Below are positions 26,463 to 32,000 of a stretch of DNA of 32,000 nt, in pieces; the stretch's first letter is position 1, and the number at the start of each line of letters is the position of its first letter. The notes beneath the pieces were generated by a model. The model did not search any database and had not been told where the DNA came from. It saw only the letters and a list, made by a program, of their open reading frames with translations. The translations under genes and the position numbers were made by a program. This DNA is from Planctopirus limnophila DSM 3776 (GTDB lineage Bacteria > Planctomycetota > Planctomycetia > Planctomycetales > Planctomycetaceae), in contig NC_014148.1 in assembly GCF_000092105.1 (NCBI RefSeq), positions 5,370,001 through 5,402,000 of the forward strand, written 5' to 3'.

Positions 26463-27320
26463 ATGTCGCGCTCGGATCGGACACATCTGCATCAGATTTT
26501 TCCGCTGGAAGAGTATGGCGATACCCTGATCATTACACCCACTGGTGATGCTGCTGGATTTCATCTGCCCCATGTGCATGCCGAGATGGCTGCTGCCACC
26601 GACTATTTTGACAAATCTGAGTTAAAGCACCTCGTGTTTGACCTGAGCAGGGCGAGATACTTCGGTTCGCAGATCCTTGGGCAATTGATTGTATTCAGCC
26701 AGAAAGTGAAGAGTCAGGGGGGCCGCGTGGCCTTGGCCAATCCCTCAACCGAAATGCTGGATGTGCTGCGGATCATGAAAGTCGATTCGATCTGGGAAGT
26801 ATTTCCGTCGCGGAATAAGGCCCTCTCGACCATTGCCAGTCGCCCGTTTTCCGCTCACCTGGTGCAGTTTGGGAGGCGCAGCTTTCCAGTAGTCCTGCTG
26901 GGTTGCCTGGGGGCTGCCTGGTGGTACTGGCCCCGCAGAAATCTCGATCATCATTATCACGATCAACTGCTGGGGATTTACCGCGAGAGCCGACAGCTGC
27001 TCGACGCCAACCCGCGTGATCAAGACTGGGATCAACATCTGACCAGATCCCGGCAACAGCTTGAGAAAATCACTGCTGAACTGGAGACGATTGCATCAAG
27101 TCAGCGAGAGGCTTTGCGGCGGATGATCTATTGCTCGCGCGATTATCTGTTCCCCGCCTTGCAGGACAAACTCAAGCTCGATTCCTATCCGCATTTCATG
27201 TTCTTTCAGGAAATGAAGGCAGGTGAGAAGGAAATGCGCGAGCCGGTCAAAACCTTATCAGAGACTCTGCGTCCCGAGGGTTTAACGAATCCCCGTGCTC
27301 TCCCTGCCAATCCCTCATGA
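26463..27320 (+). CDS. STAS domain protein with a TM segment and a helical C-terminal extension
   Basis: ATG 26463; the ORF is open from TTG 26412. STAS/SpoIIAA-like pattern: LIITPTGD..., LVFDLSRARYFGSQILGQLIVFSQKVKSQGGRVALANPSTEMLDVLRIMKVDSIWEVF. This is followed by the hydrophobic segment FPVVLLGCLGAAWWYW and ~130 helical residues. Confidence 0.8.
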   Translation: MSRSDRTHLHQIFPLEEYGDTLIITPTGDAAGFHLPHVHAEMAAATDYFDKSELKHLVFDLSRARYFGSQILGQLIVFSQKVKSQGGRVALANPSTEMLDVLRIMKVDSIWEVFPSRNKALSTIASRPFSAHLVQFGRRSFPVVLLGCLGAAWWYWPRRNLDHHYHDQLLGIYRESRQLLDANPRDQDWDQHLTRSRQQLEKITAELETIASSQREALRRMIYCSRDYLFPALQDKLKLDSYPHFMFFQEMKAGEKEMREPVKTLSETLRPEGLTNPRALPANPS

Positions 27321-27496
27321 ACTTTGATTGCCATGACTGTGGTGGTCAACGAGGGCACCATTTGCAGCCAACGGAAAAGAATTTTGTGTTGGTCAGGCAA
27401 ATCTTCAAAGTTCGCATTTGACCTGCAAATGTCTGAACATTAGTCTGCCGCCCTAATGGGGATTTGTTCACACAACATTCAGGTGGGGAGAACGCA

Positions 27497-27916
27497 ATGG
27501 ATCTGTTTCGTTTCGCAATGCTGGCACAAGATGACTTCGGCGGTGATGCAGGAGCAGCGGCTGCCGGTGGCATCGCGATGGTCATCCTGGTCATCGAACT
27601 AGCGCTGATCGTTCTATTGATTGCTGGCCTTTGGAAGGTGTTCACCAAAGCTGGTAAGCCCGGTTGGGCAGCCATTATTCCGATCTACAATATGATTGTG
27701 CTCCTGGAGATCGTTGGGCGCCCCATTTGGTGGTTTCTCCTGCTCCTTGTCCCGTGCGTAGGCATTATCTTTGCCGTCATCATTTACATTGACCTCGCGA
27801 AGTCCTTTGGCAAAGATGTGGCATGGGGGATTGGTTTAGTTCTCCTGCCATTCATCTTTATCCCCCTCTTGGGCTTTGGAAGCGCCAAGTATGTGGGCCC
27901 AGCAGCGAAGAACTAA
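27497..27916 (+). CDS. small multi-pass membrane protein (DUF5684-like)
   Basis: ATG 27497 is preceded by GGTGGGGAG. WKVFTKAGKPGWAAIIPIYNMIVLLEIVGRPIWWFLLLLVP... matches my recollection of the DUF5684 signature. Three to four TM helices. Confidence 0.75.
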   Translation: MDLFRFAMLAQDDFGGDAGAAAAGGIAMVILVIELALIVLLIAGLWKVFTKAGKPGWAAIIPIYNMIVLLEIVGRPIWWFLLLLVPCVGIIFAVIIYIDLAKSFGKDVAWGIGLVLLPFIFIPLLGFGSAKYVGPAAKN

Positions 27917-27994
27917 TTCTCCGGATGGATACTCATCACGAAGTGCTTGGCTGTCATCCGGTGACAGGCAAGCCTTGAGACCGCACTAAACACA

Positions 27995-28027
27995 ACAGGC
28001 CCGACCATGATTCATGGTCGGGCCTGT
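27995..28027. terminator. strong bidirectional stem-loop terminator
   Basis: acaggcccgaccatga-t-tcatggtcgggcctgt gives about a 14-bp effective stem. It is followed by GTTATT on the plus strand, after the DUF5684-like gene. On the minus strand it is followed by TTGTGTTT, downstream of the tRNA. Confidence 0.75.
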
Positions 28028-28082
28028 GTTATTCAGTCGCGAGTTTTGCAGCCAGCTGAGAACAGATAGCAAAAAACTCCAA

Positions 28083-28156
28083 TGGCGATGGAGGGACTCG
28101 AACCCACGACACACGGCTTATGAAGCCGCTGCTCTAACCGACTGAGCTACATCGCC
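28083..28156 (-). tRNA. tRNA with anticodon CAT (elongator Met or lysidine-dependent Ile2)
   Basis: The reverse complement GGCGATGTAGCTCAGTCGGTTAGAGCAGCGGCTTCATAAGCCGTGTGTCGTGGGTTCGAGTCCCTCCATCGCCA folds as a cloverleaf. It has a 7-bp acceptor stem, a GCTC/GAGC D stem, anticodon loop TTCATAA and T loop TTCGAGT. G1-C72 is paired and there is no GGG/CCC run in the anticodon stem, so it is not an initiator. CCA is not encoded. The T stem has one T-T mismatch (50-64). Confidence 0.9.
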
Positions 28157-28478
28157 AAGATCTCGCCGCAATGAGAAATCAGAATGATTTCGCACCACAA
28201 CTTTGCGAATGTTATTCCAATTCCCTCCCTGCTCGCAAGGCAGCGACAATTTTCATGAATTCTGCATGCCGTCTCCGGGCTGTTTCCATGGATCTGGAGG
28301 CAACTCGTTTCATATCAGACTGTTACGTCAGGTCTTGTGAGGGATTGCCTGCTTGAACAATCACAAAAACTCTCTCTGCAGATTCTGGACACCGGTGAAT
28401 CGTTTGCGGTTCAATCGTTGATCAACAGAAATTTTCGCACACTCTCTTCGCCCCAACATCAGGTTTCTCGTTGTGACC

Positions 28479-29447
28479 ATGTCCTCAAAACTTTACTTCG
28501 CGTATGGCTCCAATCTAAACCAGACTGACCAAGAGGAGTGGGCTCTCGAACAAAATGTTTCTTTGGGAGCCATGACTCCTTTGGGCCGGGCGTGGCTGCC
28601 AGATCATCGACTGGTCTTCAGCCTTCACTCCAAGCGCCGCCACGGAGGTGTGCTCGATGTCGAACCAGCGTCAGGCCATGTCGTCCCGGGCGTAATCTTC
28701 CAGATGGACGAAACAGCCTGGGACGCGATGGATCGCAAAGAGGGGCTGCATGCTACAAAAAGTGGCTATCAGAGGTACCCAACATTCGTCATCAATGCTG
28801 CCGGAGTGCCTCAACAGGTTGAAACCTACACCGCCAAACCGACCTTCAAACAAGCCTATGTCGAACCTCACCCTGATTATGTCGCCATTGTTCGACAAGG
28901 ATATGATCGCTTTGCCTTGAACGATGGTCTCGTGGGCCCAACCGCCAGTGATGTCCTTGATCAAGTCGCTGCAGGCAAAACTCCTCCCTCACTCATCAGG
29001 CAGCTCTTTGTTTACGGCACGTTAATGCAGGGCGAATGTCGCCATCCCTTTCTGAAAGAGGTGGGCAGCCGGTTGGTGGGCCCACGCATCACAAGCGGCA
29101 GCCTCGTCAATCTGGGAACATTCCCCGCAATGATCCTCCCTGCAACCTCATCGTCGGAGAGACAAAGATCATCGATCACGCCGGAGCAAAAAATTCCGGG
29201 CGAGCTCTTTGAGCTGCAAGATCCAGCCCATGACTGGCCGGTTCTCGATCCTGTGGAAGAGTTTCCTGGTTATCCCGCTCTGGCAAATGGTGCCTATGCC
29301 ATGTACCACCGTACGATTATCAAAGTCGCACCACAGGATCGGCTCAATCTTGAGGAACACTCCTGGACGTGGGCGTGGACGTATTCCCTCGCCGATCATT
29401 CCCTGCCCCAACAGCCCATCGCGTCCAATTCCTGGCGCGCATTATGA
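28479..29447 (+). CDS. tandem gamma-glutamylcyclotransferase-fold protein (GGCT-like N-domain plus AIG2/GGACT-like C-domain)
   Basis: ATG 28479; GTG 28473 opens the ORF. N-domain has KLYFAYGSNL...PGVIF...DRKEG. C-domain (from about nt 29001) has LFVYGTLMQGECRHPFL...IPGELFEL...LDPVEEFPGY. Both resemble the YGSL/YGTL...E signatures of the GGCT fold. Confidence 0.8.
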   Translation: MSSKLYFAYGSNLNQTDQEEWALEQNVSLGAMTPLGRAWLPDHRLVFSLHSKRRHGGVLDVEPASGHVVPGVIFQMDETAWDAMDRKEGLHATKSGYQRYPTFVINAAGVPQQVETYTAKPTFKQAYVEPHPDYVAIVRQGYDRFALNDGLVGPTASDVLDQVAAGKTPPSLIRQLFVYGTLMQGECRHPFLKEVGSRLVGPRITSGSLVNLGTFPAMILPATSSSERQRSSITPEQKIPGELFELQDPAHDWPVLDPVEEFPGYPALANGAYAMYHRTIIKVAPQDRLNLEEHSWTWAWTYSLADHSLPQQPIASNSWRAL

Positions 29448-29480
29448 TTTGGAGTCCCATGAATAACTGCGCGGCGTGTG

Positions 29481-29552
29481 GCTGGGGTTGAGTCTTCGAA
29501 CCCCCAGCTATCTTCGGCACGAACTGGGGTTCGTGAGGACGCTCAACCCCAG
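29481..29552. repeat. two tandem palindromic units with four mutually complementary arms
   Basis: Unit 1: gctgggg...ccccagc (29481-29508). Unit 2: ctggggtt...aaccccag (29524-29552). ctggggttgag (29482-29492) is the exact reverse complement of ctcaaccccag (29542-29552). Confidence 0.65.
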
Positions 29553-29606
29553 GCACCCCATTCCGAGGAGCCCAGTTGATTATTGGAATCCCTAGAATCG
29601 AAAAGT

Positions 29607-29641
29607 ACGAACCTCACACGCGACAGGCGAGTGAGGTTCGT
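29607..29641 (-). terminator. 11-bp stem terminator of the HEAT-repeat gene
   Basis: acgaacctcac-(13 nt)-gtgaggttcgt. On the minus strand it is followed by ACTTTTCGATTCT. It lies 45 nt after the TGA at 29686-29688. Confidence 0.6.
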
Positions 29642-29685
29642 AATTGAATACATCACAAAGTCTCTACGAATGATCCGCAGGTCAC

Positions 29686-31956
29686 TCAGGATTTGATCTG
29701 CTGCAAGGCGTACTGAGCAGCAGCCCGCAACTCTTGATCAGGATCAGTGGCGGCCTGTTCGAGTTCTGGAATCGCTACTCGCGACAAGGCACCAATCTCA
29801 CCCAGTGCATAGATCGCTCCCACACGGACTCGCTTTGCAGGATCATTCAGAACCTTCATCAGGCACAGCACTGTGTCGGGTCTTTGTGGTGCCAGCTCAG
29901 CCAGTGAGTATGTGGCCAGCCAGCGGATGTTCTCATCTGAATCCTTCAGGCAGTTCTGTAACGTATCGAGAGCCCGACCGGCAAAGCGATCATTCCGCAC
30001 CAGAACTTCAGCCGCATGCAGACGAACGTAACCGTCGGGATCATCGAGCGACGTGGCCAAGGCTGGCAAAGCCTCTGCCCCCAGCGGACCCAGTTCGCCG
30101 ATCACAGCCGCCGAAAAGCTGCGTACTCCCGCATCCTGCGATTTCAGTCCACCGACCAATGTCTTCAGAACCTTGGGCGATTCTGCTCCCAGGCGGCTCA
30201 AAGCGAGAGCTGAGTGAACCTTCACATAAGGATCTTCGTGGTCGAGCAGAGCATTCAGGGCAGGAACAGCTTCCTGGCCTTTTGCATCCATTTGACCTAA
30301 CCGATGAACGTTATGACGAATCGCATCAACACTGCTGGTTTCCAGCCCCTGCACCAGGGGTTTAACTTCTTCACTGATCGCACCACACTTCTCAATCAGC
30401 CCTTTGATGACAGGAGCAGTTGCCCCCGTCTTTTTGGCAATAGCTGTGGGGGTGACAGTCGTCTCTTTTTCCCAATCAAAGGCATCCTGAATTCGATTCG
30501 CAGCCTCAGTTGTGGCATTGGCTGTCGAAGCGACCAGTCGGCTCTTCTCATTTTCGACCTGAGCCCAGGCCATATCGGCAGCAGCTTCGGAAGTTTCCGT
30601 GGCGAGATCAGCAAATTGAACCGCCTGATCTTTGACTTCCTTCCGCAATTCGCTGGAAAGATTCTCTCCCTTGTCTCGCAGAGAGTTTGTGGTATTGGCC
30701 CATTCGGTGCTGGCGATGGCCTTCGATTCCATCAACTCATCGGCGGCTTTGTCGCGAGCATTGCTGGCCGTGCTTTTCAGAGAGCGGCTCAGGCTTTCGA
30801 TCTTTTTGGCAGAATCTGTTTGCAACTCGGCAAACGTCTCTCCCTTTTTCGATGCAGCCTGAGCCACCTGAGGTTCAGGAGTCTCCGTCGCCCAATCGAA
30901 AGTTTTGGTCGGTTGCTTCGTCGCTTTAGCTTCTGGAATCTTTCCACCCGATTTCACAGCGGCCACAAGCTGTTCAGACTTGGATGTGGTCTCCTGGGAG
31001 GGCTTTTCCAGCTTAGCTTCGGCCTCGCTTCGCCCTTCGATCTTCGAGATCCAGGCCGCAAAATCTTCGTCACCAGTCACTTCCGAAGTTGGCTTGGAAG
31101 AAACTTGAGTCTGTGTGCCGGCTGGAGCGGCTTTCTCTTTCTCTGGAGATTTACCTGCCACGAGATCTGCGGCCGGCTTACTCGCTGTCGTTTCCTTTGA
31201 TGTGGCAGATTTCGCGGAGGCAGCCTTGGCAGGATCTGATTTGGCGACCTGCCCGGATTCAGCTTTGTTCTGCACACGCTCCGGCCCGTTACCACGACCG
31301 GCGGCAATATCTGCCAACGCTTCCGCCAGGAAGGGATCTTCATCCGCAGGAATCAAATCACGAGAAGGCCCGCGTGTCGGCTTGACCGCTTTCTTTTCGC
31401 TACTGGAGGTATCTTTCAAAGTGCTGTCAGACTTGGTGTCGGCCAGTGCTGTCCCTTCAAAGGCCTTTGTGCTGGAGAGACCCTTGGTGGGTTTGGTCGG
31501 ATTGCTGTCTGTCGAAGCAGGACTCTTCGCCGCTGTGCCGGCTTTGGAATCGTTCTTGGCGACTTGTTTATCTGCCGATGACTTCGAAGTGGTGGACTTC
31601 TCTTTGGATTCTTGAGAAGCCACGGGGGACTTGTTCTTATCGTCTTTTGATGAAGACGACACTTTGTCGTCGTCCTTACCCCACGAGAACCAACTGGCTT
31701 TCTTTACCCCTTCACCCGCTTCGTCAGCGTCGGCAAGCTGTTCTTTTTCAGCCGTCGACTTCTTGGAAGCATTCTCTTTGGAGGCGAGGGATTCTTTACC
31801 AGCTTCCTCCTTCGAAAGCGGCTTCCCTTGAGCATCAACTTTGGGTTCCCGGTCGAACCAGCCTGTCAACGTCTGACTCGAACGAGCACAGCCCGATCCC
31901 ACACTGGCCAATACAGCGGCGAGCAAAACATTTCGCAGAAGATACCACTTAACCAT
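29686..31956 (-). CDS. lipoprotein with a long low-complexity region and C-terminal HEAT (PBS-lyase-type) repeats
   Basis: ATG 31956 is preceded by GGAAGGTGAAG. Signal peptide with lipobox VGSGC. About 350 aa are K/S/E/A/T-rich. The C-terminal ~230 aa carry repeated units DPYVKVHSALALSRLG, DAGVRSFSAAVIGELG, DGYVRLHAAEVL, DENIRWLATYSLAEL, AKRVRVGAIYALGEIG and DQELRAAAQYAL. Confidence 0.85.
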   Translation of the reverse strand: MVKWYLLRNVLLAAVLASVGSGCARSSQTLTGWFDREPKVDAQGKPLSKEEAGKESLASKENASKKSTAEKEQLADADEAGEGVKKASWFSWGKDDDKVSSSSKDDKNKSPVASQESKEKSTTSKSSADKQVAKNDSKAGTAAKSPASTDSNPTKPTKGLSSTKAFEGTALADTKSDSTLKDTSSSEKKAVKPTRGPSRDLIPADEDPFLAEALADIAAGRGNGPERVQNKAESGQVAKSDPAKAASAKSATSKETTASKPAADLVAGKSPEKEKAAPAGTQTQVSSKPTSEVTGDEDFAAWISKIEGRSEAEAKLEKPSQETTSKSEQLVAAVKSGGKIPEAKATKQPTKTFDWATETPEPQVAQAASKKGETFAELQTDSAKKIESLSRSLKSTASNARDKAADELMESKAIASTEWANTTNSLRDKGENLSSELRKEVKDQAVQFADLATETSEAAADMAWAQVENEKSRLVASTANATTEAANRIQDAFDWEKETTVTPTAIAKKTGATAPVIKGLIEKCGAISEEVKPLVQGLETSSVDAIRHNVHRLGQMDAKGQEAVPALNALLDHEDPYVKVHSALALSRLGAESPKVLKTLVGGLKSQDAGVRSFSAAVIGELGPLGAEALPALATSLDDPDGYVRLHAAEVLVRNDRFAGRALDTLQNCLKDSDENIRWLATYSLAELAPQRPDTVLCLMKVLNDPAKRVRVGAIYALGEIGALSRVAIPELEQAATDPDQELRAAAQYALQQIKS

Positions 31957-32000
31957 GTTTCTTCACCTTCCGTTGTGAAGCCCGCCTACTGAAGTGTTGA

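Noticed and set aside
27917-28472. tRNA-adjacent region as a possible genomic-island integration site.
   Set aside because: There is no integrase, no partial duplicate of the tRNA 3' end within the window, and no compositional break. The flanking genes look like ordinary lineage genes.
29481-29552. Reading the four complementary arms as a transcription attenuator or riboswitch expression platform.
   Set aside because: The element lies 3' of both flanking genes (convergent arrangement), so there is no downstream ORF to regulate. I kept it as a tandem palindromic repeat.

Overview
The window looks like ordinary chromosome from a Planctomycetota-type genome. Supporting signs are a DUF1559/prepilin-type gene, many TPR/HEAT/lipobox proteins, coding GC of roughly 55% by eye, and intergenic stretches near 30-40% GC by hand count. 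I call about 24 protein genes and one tRNA(CAT).

Recognisable genes:
- thrS, with a roughly 60-aa insertion in the catalytic core
- bcp peroxiredoxin
- an N-terminal SEC-C-motif protein
- a 1001-aa TPR protein with an HEXXH (peptidase-MA-like) module
- a xylose-isomerase-like TIM-barrel protein and a DAO-type FAD oxidoreductase
- a GNAT acetyltransferase, an FHA-domain protein and a sulfotransferase-like protein
- a membrane-anchored STAS protein and a DUF5684-like membrane protein
- a tandem GGCT/AIG2-like cyclotransferase
- a HEAT-repeat lipoprotein

I see no transposase, integrase, phage gene, reverse transcriptase, CRISPR array, rRNA or recognisable defence gene. I also do not see one compelling new multi-gene system.

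The observations most worth following up:
1. A 42-nt hairpin-forming repeat (39/42 identical) sits in two convergent-gene spacers 13 kb apart.
2. A composite repeat-rich spacer contains a 4x 9-bp tandem array.
3. Two tandem palindromic units have four mutually complementary arms.
4. An anti-sigma-like gene has no adjacent sigma factor. It is translationally coupled to an LTXXQ-type secreted protein and followed by an FAD oxidoreductase.
5. A co-directional trio (lipoprotein, STAS-TM protein, DUF5684 membrane protein) ends in a strong terminator.

All family assignments come from motif recognition by eye. No searches were run.
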